Shown here in pieces: positions 51,983-64,000 of a stretch of DNA of 64,000 nucleotides; within the stretch, counting starts at the first letter, position 1; the number at the start of each line of letters is the position of its first letter. Both the position numbers and the translations under genes were made by a program. This DNA comes from Vicugna vicugna (Eukaryota): NCBI GenBank assembly GCA_013265495.1, contig MU061579.1:7044124-7108123 (forward strand), in the 5' to 3' direction. The notes below the pieces were generated by a model. It was not told the DNA's origin. It did not search any database and saw only the letters and a list, made by a program, of their open reading frames with translations.

Positions 51983-52609
51983 CAGCACTTCCAATAGAAG
52001 TACAATGTGAACCACATATGTTGTGTTACAGTTTCCAGGAGTCACATTTTAAAATACAATTAATTTAATAATACAGGCCCACTTCGTTTATTGTGCTTTG
52101 CTTAATGGCACTTTGCAGATTCTGTGATTCTTTTTTTTTTTTTTTTACAAATTGAAGGTTTGTGGCAAACTTACATTGTCAGATAATAGCATTTTTTAGC
52201 AATAAAGTATTTTTTCATTCAAGTGTGCACATTGTTTAAGCATAATGCTATTGTACACTTAATAGACTACAGTATAGTGTAAACATAAATTTATATGCAC
52301 TGAAACCAAAAAATTCGTGTGACTTGCTTTATTGCGATATTTGCTTTATGACGGTGGTCTGGAACTGAACCTGCGATATCTTCAAGGTATGCCTGTAATT
52401 GTATGTACTAATAATACATTGTATTTAACCCAATATATCCAAAATGTTGCCATTTCTGTATCAATATAAAAATTATTAATAAGATAGTTTACCTTTTTTT
52501 GTGCGAAGCCTTTGGAATCCAGAATGCATTTTACAAACTCAACAGTTCATCTCATTTCAAGTGCTCAGTGGCTGCCTGTGGCTAGTGGCTACCATATGGA
52601 ATATTGCAG
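51983..52609 (+). mobile_element. MER33 (hAT-Charlie), split by a Tigger1 derivative
   Basis: MER33 5' part at 51983-52073 and 3' part ending ggctagtggctaccatatggaatattgcag; 8-nt TSD tcctaaat / tcttaaat. Confidence 0.85.
52074..52395 (+). mobile_element. Tigger1 internal-deletion derivative
   Basis: caggcccacttcgtttattgtgc…ttttacaaattgaaggtttgtggcaa…gcgatatcttcaaggtatgcctg with TA on both sides. Confidence 0.9.
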
Positions 52610-52734
52610 TCTTAAATCTAAGATTTATCTTTTTGTCTTCCTCCATCTGGCAGCCAAATTAACCATTTTAAAGTATTTATTCTTGTAACAAACATTAAAT
52701 GATCTTGTGCCAGGCTTTATCTTAGGTGTTATAC

Positions 52735-52950
52735 GCAGCAATAGTGGGTTAAGAGCAGCTTACCCAGGTATAAATACTGCCCCTACCTACTAGCTGAGTG
52801 CCCTTGAGCAAACTGTTAAACCAATCTGTGCCTTAGTTTCCTCATCTCTAAAATGGGAACAATAATAGTATGTGCCTTATGGGGTTGTCGTGAGGATCCA
52901 TTTAGTTAATAGATACAGAGTACTTGGTATGTAGAAAGCACTTCATTAGT
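52735..52950 (+). mobile_element. MIR SINE
   Basis: Near full-length MIR (gtgggttaagagc…ctgtgccttagtttcctcatctctaaaatggg…ggttgtcgtgaggat). Confidence 0.85.
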
Positions 52951-53019
52951 AATAGTGACCTTTTGCAAGTCATTCTACAGGTTTGAATTTTGGGTTACTG
53001 ACTTTTTTTCTAAGTGATT

Positions 53020-53210
53020 TTGATGTTTTGGTAAAATGTATATCATAAAATTTGCCATTGTACAATTCCGTGGCATTAATTACATTCGCACTGTTGTGCA
53101 ACCATCACCACTAGCTAATTCCAAGACTCATCATGCCAAACGAAGCCCGCACACAGTAAGCAGTAACTCCTCCCTCCCCCCGCTCCCCAGTGTGGGTTAC
53201 TGACTTCAGT
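53020..53210 (-). mobile_element. L1MB-like 3' end fragment
   Basis: cataaaatttgccattgtacaattccgtggcattaattacattc…tgttgtgcaaccatcaccac. Confidence 0.75.
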
Positions 53211-54374
53211 TTCCCTTATGGAGTCTACATCCAGTTGAGGAAGGACAGAGATTGAACAAATAAAAAGATATTTAACATAATGTCTGCTCATGCTAAATGC
53301 TGGTGAGACAAGAAAACCTGGGAAAGGGATGGGGGCAGGAACGCCCTCACCGATAGCAGGACAGGCCCCTCTGAGATGTTGCCTGAAGCAGTGAAAGAAG
53401 TGAAGGTGTGGGCTGTGCAAAAATCCTTCAGTTGAAATAAAACCAAAATTGGTTCCTCGGCCCAGAGGCCTCTCTGAGCCTCTGCCCCAGGGCCCTCCAC
53501 TCCCCGCTGTGGGGCTGTTCATTCCCCTTTCCTTTAAATGGATCTACTTTGAAGCCGAGATTCAGAAAAGAAAAAATTGCAGTGTGCTTCTATTTTGTAC
53601 TAATTTAATACACTTATTACTGTTACAAACCTCACATTTCTTACATTTTTGTCATAGAAGCAAACAGTGAATATGATTGGACTTAAATTCTGCTTTCTGT
53701 CTCTTTGTACCTTTGTGACTAGATTTCCAACCTCCCTCTGCCCTCTGCTGGCTCCACAGTGACAAAGCTGCCATTTACCAAGGGCTGGTCACGTCACCTC
53801 ACCTTTCTGGACTCAGTTTCTGCCCTGGGGGAAGGGATGGAATTACCAGGTGCTTGTGGTGATGGAGCCGAGGCAGGCACAGGGTCTTATCTTTCCCTCG
53901 GTGGTACCTACTGTTGATGTAACTATTGTTTTCTGAATAGCCACGCTCCTTTTCTAATAAAATAAATCATTTTGGGGGCAGATGTAAAATTAATATTAAA
54001 TCATATACATCTTTATTTTTCCTTTGCCCTACGGAGTTCAGAATGGGGTTGTGCTTTCCATTCCTTAAAGAGAGGGTTCCATCTAGTGGCCAAACTGTAG
54101 TCTGTGGATAGAGTGTTTTTCAATCCGTGAGTCTTGAAAAATACATTTTTTAATGGAATAAAATAGAATGTAAAGTATCAGAGTGATACGAACTGTTTTG
54201 TAAAGTTTAACAGATACATTCCACGAAAAATTATTGTATTGTAATATTAAAACATACTCGTGTGTGTAGTAGGGCCCAACATGAACCGCTTTTTCTGATA
54301 GTGGCCATTTTTAAAACATTCAGAAAGTCACCGGTTTAGAAGCTCGGTTTAAGTTAGGGATGAATATTGGGCTT

Positions 54375-54532
54375 AACGTGGGCTGAATACTAGAATTATT
54401 GAGGGAGCTTGAAAAATACTGTTGCTTTGTCCCCACTCCAGAGATTCTGGTCTAGGGTGTCACCTAGGCATCAGGATGCTTAAAAGCTACTCAGGTAATT
54501 GCCTGTGCAGTCCAGACTGGGACTTACCATCT
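54375..54532. mobile_element. MER5-family (hAT-Charlie) fragment
   Basis: gggagcttgaaaaatac…ccccactccagagattctg…ctaggcatcagg…aaaagctactcaggtaatt. Confidence 0.65.
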
Positions 54533-55767
54533 GAGGTCCATCAAAAACTAGTTTTGTACATGAGAGAACTGTGATCCAGAGGGGTTAAATGACTTGCCAA
54601 AAGTCACACTGGTAATTAGTAGAAAAGTTTCATGAAGGACCTTGATGGATATGTTAGAACCTGTCAGAAGTTCAGGAACTGTTTTATTTCATATTTTGGA
54701 ATGCTTTTAAGAGGGAAGGGGAGATAAAATGGAGAATTTATAATATCTATCTAATCTGTTTTCCAAGTTATAAATTGATTTTTTATATTTCAAAACATTT
54801 GTGGAGTTTATCTGTTAAATGTTCAGTTACAGAGCTAATTCAAATTAGATTCTGTGTGTCAATATCATCTACATCACTGATTTTTTTTTGTTTTCACAAC
54901 ACCCAGTTTGAGGGCATTTGCCACCTACATCCCTGAATTTAATAAGATGGCTCTACCTTCCTGTTACTATTTTCTCAGAAGTGATGTTTGTGTGTTGGTG
55001 ATGCCTCATCTCCTGTTATTAACTAGGAAAGCACTGGTGACTGTCCATCAAAAACCACACACTCTACGAAGTGTGATGATTAAATGCAGAAGTGCTCATA
55101 TTCCAGAACTCTGATCAATAGAGAGAGAAGACACCCACATGGATTTTTAGGATTGAAAGGACATAAAAAAAACAGAGCATAAGAATTATAATATGAGCAT
55201 ATTCCTTATGTGTCAAAGTGCCCACAGCCAGCTGATAGGAAAATATATACGTACTGGAGCAGTGGGTGTGCCGGGCAAGGGAGGCTTTGAGAAGATAATT
55301 TTTGAGTGGGGAGAAGGAGGGGTTTTGACTGAAATAAAGGCTTGAACTAAAGTTAATAATCATTTTGTTTAAGTTAGAGTGAAAAAAACAACTTTTTGTA
55401 ATAGCAAAGGAGAAATTGGGGAAGATGTTTTAGTAGGTGGGAGACGGGGAAAGAGAAACATCTGGTAAAGACATGTGAAGAGGTGAAATGGGTACATGAG
55501 TTTCCATTATGAGGAGTTTTTAATGGTAGGATGTTAGAGCTGCCAAAAGAACTCAGATAAAGCCCACCTTCCTCGTCATCCAGAGGAAGAAGCTGAGACA
55601 AGGAGGCCTCAACAGTGTGGCACCATCCCCCCCAAGCTCTCCCTCTGGCTCCAGTGCCCTCCTCCAGTGTAGCAGTCGGCCTCACCTCACTGAATTTGAG
55701 AGGTAATGAGGAATGAATTAAAATATGAACACATAGAGATAGAAATAACCTCTTAAATCCATATGCC

Positions 55768-56125
55768 TATTAAAGGATAAAAAGGCATATTAAATTTTAT
55801 AAGAATTTTAGCAAAAATTGATTCAAATCTGGCAGCATCTAATCTGTGCAAAATCAAAGACTTTTATAGGCAGAAGGGAACAGGAACAAAGAAGCTATAA
55901 TGACAGAAAAGCAGATTGGTTATTGCAAGGTTACTTTCCTTTAGGGGAAGGCAGGAGTCTATCAGGCAGATGACCTAACTAGGGCCGATCAGGCAATTCC
56001 TGATCGACTGGCTTAAGATTCCACTTCTGAAAGAGACAGAACTGGAATTCAGTTAAGTCTTAGTTTGGTGACGTGGGGCTTAGCATAAGTGACTCCATTT
56101 GGGGCCTACTATCCTGATTTTAACA
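55768..56125 (-). mobile_element. ERV1-class solo LTR
   Basis: The minus strand starts TGTTAAAA…aaatggagtcacttatgctaagccccacgtcaccaaac; the + strand has a TATA-like (cttttatagg) and CCAAT (gattggtt) arrangement; 4-nt TSD tgcc / tgct. Confidence 0.75.
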
Positions 56126-56237
56126 TGCTTATGAGTATATCACACAGACTTGAGCCTAACAAGCTTCCATTAAAACTAAAGATAGAGCATAGATAATAAA
56201 ATATGATCATTAGACAGCTTAAACAAGAGACTTAGGT

Positions 56238-56427
56238 CAGGGTTTCTGAACCTCAGCTCAATGGACGTTTTAGGTCGAGGGTCTATTTGTGTGCATTAAC
56301 GGGTGTTTGGCAACATTCCTGATCTTGATCCATCAGATGCCAGTAGCAACACTTCCACCACCACCCCCAGGTTGTAACAACTGAAAATATCTCCCAGGGG
56401 CAGAATCCTCCCTGTTGAGAACCACTG
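56238..56427 (-). mobile_element. MER20 (hAT-Charlie)
   Basis: cagggtttctgaacctcagc…agatgccagtagca…gttgagaaccactg matches MER20 in reverse. Confidence 0.85.
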
Positions 56428-58703
56428 ATGTAAGAATGTTTGGGAACACAGTTAGTTGATTCAGGATTTGTCATTATAAGCAGGCAGGGAGTCGCCAGCA
56501 ATGTACTCCCTGAACTGTGGGGTCTCCGTTTGCACAGCTTGAGCTCTGCTCCTGCTAATCGCTCCTTAAGAGCTCTACCCTTGGAGGGGCACTCGGAGGG
56601 GCACTCGGCAAGTGCCTCTGTGAGGGAAGCCTGACTCAGCAGTTGGTAATTTGTCCACCTTAACATCACCTCCACCAACCCAGGTTGTCTGACCCTTAAG
56701 AGTCTCCTTAAAACTGCAGGCGCTGGTCTCCCTCTCAGAGAATTTCCAAACACCAAGGAATTCTTTCATTCACATTGGGATGTCTGTGCATCTGTGGCTG
56801 CTCCAGAATTCTCCTGACCCCGTTCTCAGTCTGACATAAAATCATTGCCAGCCACACTCGAGTGGCCAGCGGACCCGGAGCGGGCTCTCTCCTGCCCGAA
56901 TGCATTGGCTCTGACCCGCTGGGCCTCAGGAAGTGGGAAGCAGCAGCCAGTGAAGCCAATCCATGAATGTTGGGCCTTTTTCTTAGAAAACAAAGGGTCC
57001 ACTTTAGGCTAGCAAGAAACATCCGGGAAAAAAAAACCAAAAAACTGACCTTGATTAGAATCAAATAAAAGAGGGGAATTCAGAGAAACCTGTCTTTCAT
57101 GCTGTGAATAATCGTCATTTTGTGGGGCTTTTTACCGTATCATTTCTCCTTCAGAACCGTCTACATTACCTAATCTACAAGAGAAGCAATCGACTCTCAA
57201 AGCAAATTCTTAGAAGAGGTTCAAGAGAATTTCAGTAGTTTTGATTTCTGAATTAAGATCCTGCATTATTTCCTGTGCTCTGTGTTATAAGAAATGCCTG
57301 ATCTTCATGAAGAGTGGAGAAGATTCGTCATTATACAATACAGCTTGAAAGTTCCCAGAGAAAATAGTCCACGCATATTTTTAAAGATGCAAAATGGATG
57401 CAAATCCCACCAGACACCTTAATGGATCCTAGTGACTCCTGGTAGGGACCACTATTTTAGTCTTTTTTTCAGAATGCATTGGCAAGCTGAATTCTGCACA
57501 GCAGCTAGCATTCTGCTGGCTTGAATTTGGGGTTACTGGCTTCTTAACTCCCCTTCTGCCTACTCTCGTCACAGCTTCTGATATAACACGGACTTTATCA
57601 GTTCCTACTCCTTCTGTGGTGTTCCTCTTAGCCAACGTCCCTCTCCTCTGTCAGAACTTCCTTCTCATTAAGGCTTAAAGCCATGCATTGGGCCACTTGA
57701 GTTGGTTTTGAATCCCTTAGCCCCCCGGGGTGGGAGTACAAGGTTAACCTTTGAAAAGTAATACTACACTTGGGTAAAGAACTGCAAAAAGAATGGGCCT
57801 CCAATTGCAGAGAACATCCCTCCAAACATCTTGTAAGAGAAGAAAAATAAAGTAGGGGGAAGAGAAATATTTGAGGTAAACATGAAAGGCTTTCCAGCTC
57901 TCATCTGCCTAATATTTCCATCAGTTAACATAACCACACCAAGCACTGAAGTAAAAGCATAATCTCACCTCACTGTTCATCTCTTTAGCATCTGTTTTCA
58001 TTCTGAGATATTTCCTTGTCAGTCTTTTCTTATATATTCACCTGTATTATATTCATATGATTAAACAAGAAGTCCCACAGGGGTGGGAGGAGCAGACCCA
58101 GGCTTTACAGGGGAGATAGTAAAATTAGTTAACACCAGAATGGTCCAGAACAGAAGCTGGACGTAAATAAAAATAAAAGATTCATACAAGCTGAAAACTC
58201 AATCTGTTGCTTTGTATAATGTCTAGCACAGCAAGTGAGAGTGACCCCAGACATAGGAATTAGAGTACTTATTGATATTACTCACAGATTAGGGGCAGAG
58301 ATTCCCTCCACTTAATTAAAATAGGGGCTACATGTAAGCCGTAGCACTAGTGTCCTGCAGTCATCACTAATTCCTTTTTCTATTTCAATTACCTCAAAGC
58401 CAGTCTAACCCTAGAGGAACAGGAAGATTATAAATTAGCATTTGCAGTGGAGACACAGCCATGCACATGGGAACTTTCTTTCTGCCCCTGATTGGCTGCT
58501 TCAGCTGGAACACTGTACAAATTGGCCCCTGTTCCTCCACTGGGAGTCTGAGCTTTAATTCTTGATCTCATCCTCCTCCTGGCCCTCAGTTGTCAGAGAT
58601 ACAGTGCCCAGACACGTGGAGCACCCCCAAAGTATTCCCAGCGTCTGATGAATCAGGTGACACCTACTCAACTCAGATGGGGCTGAGTCTCTTTAAATTT
58701 TCT

Positions 58704-59390
58704 ATAACCAGTGTACTGAGAGAGCTAGACTCAGTTGAGGACACATGAGGAACGAGAATTTATTTTTCTTGCATCACTGCCTTCAAACATGCTTTGCTGG
58801 GTTCTTTCCCGACCCAGGAAGCTTGCTCAATCAGATGCTATCAAGACTGACTTGCAAGAATTAAAAAGTCCAAGTGGGTCTAAATCAAAGTGTCCACTTC
58901 GCACCCAGTTTAAATTGTCTGCTTCTCCTGGGTTCAGGTTCTTGGGTCTGGAACAGAGAAGGGAGGTATCGCCAATCCTGCACCATTTTCCCTTCTTCTT
59001 CCTTCACTCCTCACCCAGCCTTTTGGGCCTCCAAATGCTCTTCTGAATCCCTCAGGTCAGAGGGAGGGCAATGGAAGAAAAGGAGCAAAAACTAAGAGAA
59101 ACTTATCCAACCCTGTCCGCTGTCCTGCACTCCCACGTCTGGTGTCCCACAGATAGAAGTCCCTACTTCCCTCCCTTCATGGGGTGAGGCTGGGGCTGGG
59201 GGAAGCAGCGTTCACCTGGAGGACAGACAAAAGTGAAGCCGACTCTACTCCAGTTTCCTCCAGCGAATCTCTTCCTGGTCTTCAGTCTTCTGTCACATAC
59301 TGGAAATGGGTGACAGGGACGAGGGTCACAGGAACAAGGTGATCACGTCAGCCCAGCAGGTGTGTCCAGCAACTCCTCTTTACAGTGTTG
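58704..59390 (-). mobile_element. Ancient LTR (LTR78-like)
   Basis: tataaccagtgtactga…agactc…tttatttttctt…aaaaagtcc resembles the reverse complement of the LTR78 3' end. Right boundary uncertain. Confidence 0.5.
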
Positions 59391-59533
59391 CAATAGCCCA
59401 GGGCTTGGGTTCCAGTGAAAATTTTGAGCTTTCAGGAAGTGTCCTGCTGATGACTAAGTTTACGTGTCAAATTGACTACAGTACCCAGATATTTGGCCAA
59501 ACATCAGGCAAAATGTCACAGTGAGGGTTTTTC

Positions 59534-60871
59534 TTTTACTTTTTAAAAAAATTTTATAGGGTTTTTAAAGGTTACTTCCCATTTACAGTTATTACAAAAT
59601 ATTGGCTATATTCCTCATGTTGTACAATACATTCTTATGCCCATCTTATACCCAATAGTTTGTACAGTCCACTCCCCCATCCTACATTGCACCCTTCACT
59701 GGTAACCACTAGTTTGTTCTCTATATCTGAGTCTGCTTCTTTTTTATTATATCCACTAGTTTGTTACATTTTTAAAGTTTCCATCTGTAAGTGAGATCAT
59801 ACAGTGTTTGTCTTTCTCTGTCTGACTCATTTCAATTAGCATAATGCCCTCCAAGTCCAGCCATATTGCTGCAAATGGCAAAATGTCATTCTTTGTTTAT
59901 GGCTGAGTAGTGTTCCTGTGTGGCTGTGTGTGCACGTGCATGTGCGTGTGCGTGTGTGTGTACCACATCTTCTTTATCCAGTCATCTGTTGATGGACACT
60001 CAGATTGCTTTCATGTCTTGGCTATTGTAAATAATGCTGCAGTGAACATTGGGGTGCATGTATCTTTCAAATTAGTGTTTTTGTTTTTTCTGATATATAC
60101 CTGAGAGTGGAACTGCTGGGTCATATGTAGTGTATTTTTAATTTTTTGAGAAACAACCATACTGTTTTCCTCAGTGGCTGCACCAATTTACATTCTCACA
60201 AACAGTGTATGAGAGTTCTTTTCTTCACATCTTCCAACATTTGTTATTTGTGTTCTTTTTGATGACAGCCATTCTAACAGGTGGGAGGTGATACTTCACT
60301 GGGTTTTGATTTGCATTTCCCTGATAATTAGCAATATTGAACATCTTTTCATGTGCCTGTTGGCCATTTGCATTTCCCTTTTGGGAAAATGTCTATTCAG
60401 TTCTTCTGCCTATTTCTTAATTGGGTTTTGGGTTTTTTTTTTTTGATGTTGAATTCTATGAACTGTTTATCTATGTTGTATATTAATCCCTTATCAGTCA
60501 TATCACTTGCAAATATTTCCTCCCATTCAGTAGGTTGTCTTTTCATTTTGTCAATGGTTTCTTTTATTCTGCAAAATCTTTTAAGTTTAATTAGGTCCCA
60601 TTTGTTATCTTTTCTTTTATTTCCTTTACTTTAGGAGACAGATCCAAAAAAATATTGCTGCAATTTATGTCAAAGAGTGTTCTGCCTATGTTTCCCTCTA
60701 GAAGTTTTATAGTATCTGGTCTTCCATTAAGGTCTTTAATTCATTTTGAGCTTATTTTTGTATATGGTGTTGGAGGATGTTCTAATTTCATTCTTTTACT
60801 TTTACATGTAGCTGTCCAGTTTTTCCAGCACTGTTTATTGAAGAGACTGTTTTTCTCCATTGTAATTTTTG
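59534..60871 (-). mobile_element. 5'-truncated L1 (3' UTR and ORF2 end) inserted into MLT2
   Basis: Antisense L1 3' sequence; TSD acagtgagggt at 59518-59528 and 60872-60882, extending with one mismatch into the T-run. Confidence 0.9.
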
Positions 60872-61153
60872 ACAGTGAGGGTATTTTTAGATGAGATTAA
60901 CATTTAAATCAGCAAACTTTGAGTAAAGGAGATTACCCTTCATAATGTGGGTGGGCTTCAACCAGTTGAAGCCTTTTAAAATAAAAGACTGGTCCTCTGA
61001 GGAAGGAGGAATTCCGCCTGCAGAAGCCTTCAGACTCAAGCTGTAACAATCAACTCTTCCCTGGGTCTCCAGCCTACTAACCCATCCTGCAAATTACAGG
61101 CTTGCCAGCCCCCACAATCGTGTAAGCCAATTCCTAAAGTATATAGAGAGATA

Positions 61154-61154
<1 letters not shown>

Positions 61155-61205
<51 letters not shown>
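61155..61205. repeat. Perfect (AC)25 microsatellite within MLT2
   Basis: Uninterrupted AC run seen directly. Confidence 0.95.
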
Positions 61206-61206
<1 letters not shown>

Positions 61207-62099
61207 CCTGTTGGTTCTAGAAGTTTCTTTGGAGAACCCTGATTAATACAGCCCTATTTAACATTTTACAGCAGTTCTACAAAGACTCGTATAACTTTTC
61301 TGCTCACTCTAGACACAATGATCTCATCTCCAGTGGCAGTGGATTCTATCCACTGTAAACCTCTGTTTACCAGCACCTGGAACAGTTCCTCAACTCAGAA
61401 CTTTATAAAGAAATCAGAAGGACTACCCGAGAGCAACACATGTGATAAAACGAGAACGGTTTATAATTGTCTGGCATATAATTTTATACAGCCACGTACA
61501 CTATCCATCTGACTGTGACATTCATTTCCAAATTGTTTTCCCAAAAATAGGAAATTAAATCTATCATGCTCAACTCCAGATTTCCTCTTGTGTCAGCCAC
61601 AAACTTACTGTCTAGTCTTGTGTGACCATATTGTTCTTGCCATTAAGTAGCCCATGCTGGAGCGAGGGTGATTTCAGAACCCTTATTTCTAATTCATCAA
61701 CATTCTCAGGTTCACTTCACACTTGCTTAAAGTTCACTGTGAGAACAGACTATTTTCATTTGATGCAGTTCAAGGAAATTGCATTTCTCCGGAGCCCTTT
61801 GCCAAATGCTTGCCCCTGGCAACCTGTTTCCCTGGGAACAGTCTCTCCCTCTCTCTGCAGAGCTGCGTCTTGCTGTTGCTCTGTCTGCTGCCCCTGGTTC
61901 TGCACTGGCCACGCCACCGCCATAGAAGGTTCTCATCACCAGCACTCATTTGGTGGAAACACATCTTTCAAATTAAGTTCAAATTAAAACCAGAGCTCTC
62001 ATGGCCTAGAAATGTGAATCTGTGATTAAAATGGTACCATTTAATTCTACAATTGAGTGGGTCTCACAGTCTCATCACCACTGTTTCTCACTGAAATAC

Positions 62100-62320
62100 C
62101 TAACATTTACTAAATATTTCCTGTGGTCCAGGCACTGCTCAAAGTACTTTATTCAAAGTACTAATTAGTTCTCCCAAGGAGACTTGGAGATTGGTACTGT
62201 AATTAAGGCCATTTTATAGATGAGAGCCCTGAGGCTTACAGAGGTTATATAATGAATCTAGGGTCAGACAGTGGAGCAGGGACAGGCTTCAAAGCCCATA
62301 TTCTTTACCACAATGTTACG
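62100..62320 (-). mobile_element. MIR SINE
   Basis: taacatttactaaatat…ccaggcactg…ccattttatagatgagagccctgaggcttacagagg. Confidence 0.75.
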
Positions 62321-63464
62321 GCCTCCAGAAAGAATATCGTGCCTGAGGGTCAGCTTTATCTTTATATACAGAGAGATTTTTATGTATTTTACAAATATTT
62401 ATTTGTGGCTAAATAGGATTATATATTTTTTAATTCATTATATGTAACAATGTCTACACCAAAAAGGTTTTGACAGAAATTTATATTAAAAGAAAGAACT
62501 AGTTATTGTTTGGGGCTTTTTTTTTTAACATGAAATGAGGCCAAAAAAAAAAAATTAATGGCCAAGAAATAAGGGGCTAGGGAGAGTCAACTGTATCAGA
62601 AAAGCATTGCAAGACAAGCTGCTGGACTTGAACAGAAAACTTAGCTCTGGGGTTCCTGGCTGCTGTGACCAAAAGAGGAACATAGCACATTTCACATCTT
62701 TCATCACTTGATAAAAAAGAATCAAGACAGTTCGTGGAGAAAGATACAAATTTTATAATATTGAATTGTGAAAGGAACCCAGCCGATGTCTTTTTTTTTT
62801 TTTAATGACAGCTTGTGTCTTCAATTGCATTTTCAAGACAAAGCAGAAGATGTACACATATGAAGGTCAATGAGATGTTTGTCTTTGTAATTTTCCCACA
62901 CAACCCTCCTCAGACAGTTTTTCTCACAGGCAGGGCCAATCACATTTTCATTAAATGGGTGGCTCAGGCCTTAGGACTCACTTTTTAAGCCTCTAGCTGT
63001 CATCTGACTCCAGGAAAACAGTAGGAGACCTGGACTCACCCAACATGAACTCCTTACACCAGATTCTTTTTTTTTTTTTTTAATTCCAAAGTCTTGGTTA
63101 ACATAAGTGTTTTAAAATCAATGTCTGTTTATTGTTGCTTTCAAATGTACTCATTTCATGAGATGTAAATCTTAGAGTTAATATTTTTGAACTAAAATGA
63201 TGAAAGATTTCCCTTTTAGATCACTGATTTGAAGAATCTATTATTTAATTGTGGTGGCTAAGTATTTCCCTTCTGCCTAAGCTTACAATAGCTCTCCTCG
63301 CTCCTCCAATTCTGCCTATTGTGAGTATGAAGTGAATTTCTGACTCAGTCCTTCAGGTTGGTAAGGTAGCTTGCCTTTTCATCCTCTTTCTCCAGAATAA
63401 ACTCAATTCCTTTATCCTTTCTGTAAAGTCCTGTCTCCATGCTTTTACTCAGGATTGTAATTTT

Positions 63465-63645
63465 ACTGCTGCTGCTCCAAGTATGGTCCCATACCAGCTG
63501 TAACTGTATCACTGGGGGCTGCTTGGAGATACAGATCCTATGGTCTCACCCCAGACCAACAGAATCAAAACTAGGGTGGGGCCCAGCCTTACTGTGTTTG
63601 AACAAGCCCTCAGGTGATTCAGATGCTTAAATTCAGCACCACGGC
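63465..63645. mobile_element. MER5A (hAT-Charlie)
   Basis: ctgctccaagtatggtccc…caccccagaccaacagaatca…ggtggggcccagc…aacaagccctcaggtgattc. Confidence 0.8.
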
Positions 63646-63708
63646 CCCAGGCTTTCCTTTCTCAAGCTTTTTTTTTTTCCTCCCCGTTTTCTTAATCAGT
63701 AAACAGCA

Positions 63709-64000
63709 GGTAACTGGAGCTAAGCCAGATTGCAGACTGAATCCCCTTGTCAAAACTTGAAAGCTTCAGCAACCTTGGAAATGTAAATGAAAAATGTCGC
63801 CTGACATATCAGTAAACAAAGGATGTTGCAGCCATCCGGCCACTGCAACCATTCCAACTGTGAGCCCTCAGGGAACTCAGGATGGAGCTGCCAAGCCCTC
63901 AGTCACTGCAGCCGCCCCCAGTGGTGCACGCTCAGGGTTCTCAGGATGGGAAAGAACAGGATATTGGGGCAGGAGGCTAGGTGCATATCAAAGGAACAAT
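63709..64000 (+). mobile_element. ERV-type LTR, cut by the window end
   Basis: Internal repeated motif ccctcagggaactcaggatg / gctcagggttctcaggatg, typical of ERV1 LTR U3 regions. Family not assigned. Confidence 0.5.

Larger units (their letters stand above)
59446..61250 (+). mobile_element. MLT2 (ERVL) solo LTR, split by an L1
   Basis: Start gctgatgactaagtttacgtgtcaaattgact; 3' part gatgagattaacatttaaatcag…ggagaaccctgattaataca; 5-nt TSD gtcct / gccct. Confidence 0.9.
20718..64000 (+). other. NWD2: NWD2 next intron (>43 kb, runs past the window end)
   Basis: GT donor at 20718; I did not recognise the expected continuation (GLLGEKYG-like peptide) anywhere downstream. Confidence 0.75.

Noticed and set aside
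56283..56756. 157-aa minus-strand ORF
   Set aside because: Its C-terminal part runs through a MER20 and it has no recognisable homology.
20718..64000. Further NWD2 exons or nested protein-coding genes
   Set aside because: No NACHT/WD40 or other recognisable peptide with matching splice sites was found by eye; very short exons could have been missed.

Overview
This is mammalian genomic DNA, very probably camelid (alpaca, llama or camel). The species call rests on a tRNA-derived Vic-1-type SINE and camelid-type L1 3' tails. The window lies inside the + strand gene NWD2 (NACHT and WD repeat domain containing 2). It holds two short internal coding exons (1763-1851 and 20601-20717, probably exons 2 and 3) that splice in frame and encode part of the N-terminal DUF4062/TIR-like domain. 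The rest is intron, densely filled with interspersed repeats: L1, L2, MIR, CR1/L3, Tigger and Charlie DNA-transposon fossils, and solo LTRs. Nearly all entries in the ORF track are chance ORFs or L1 remnants. I found no convincing new biological system, and no RNA gene or CRISPR array. Best leads: (1) a ~2.4 kb antisense segment with decayed Ty3/Gypsy gag (capsid) motifs, beside a CpG-rich promoter-like patch and carrying a CTCF motif; (2) a 5'-intact but 3'-deleted L1 fused to an older L1; (3) young L1 micro-insertions with target-site duplications; (4) apparent loss of the TIR-like catalytic glutamate in NWD2; (5) candidate regulatory or splicing elements. Repeat family names come from recalled consensus sequences, not a database search, and boundaries of old repeats are approximate.
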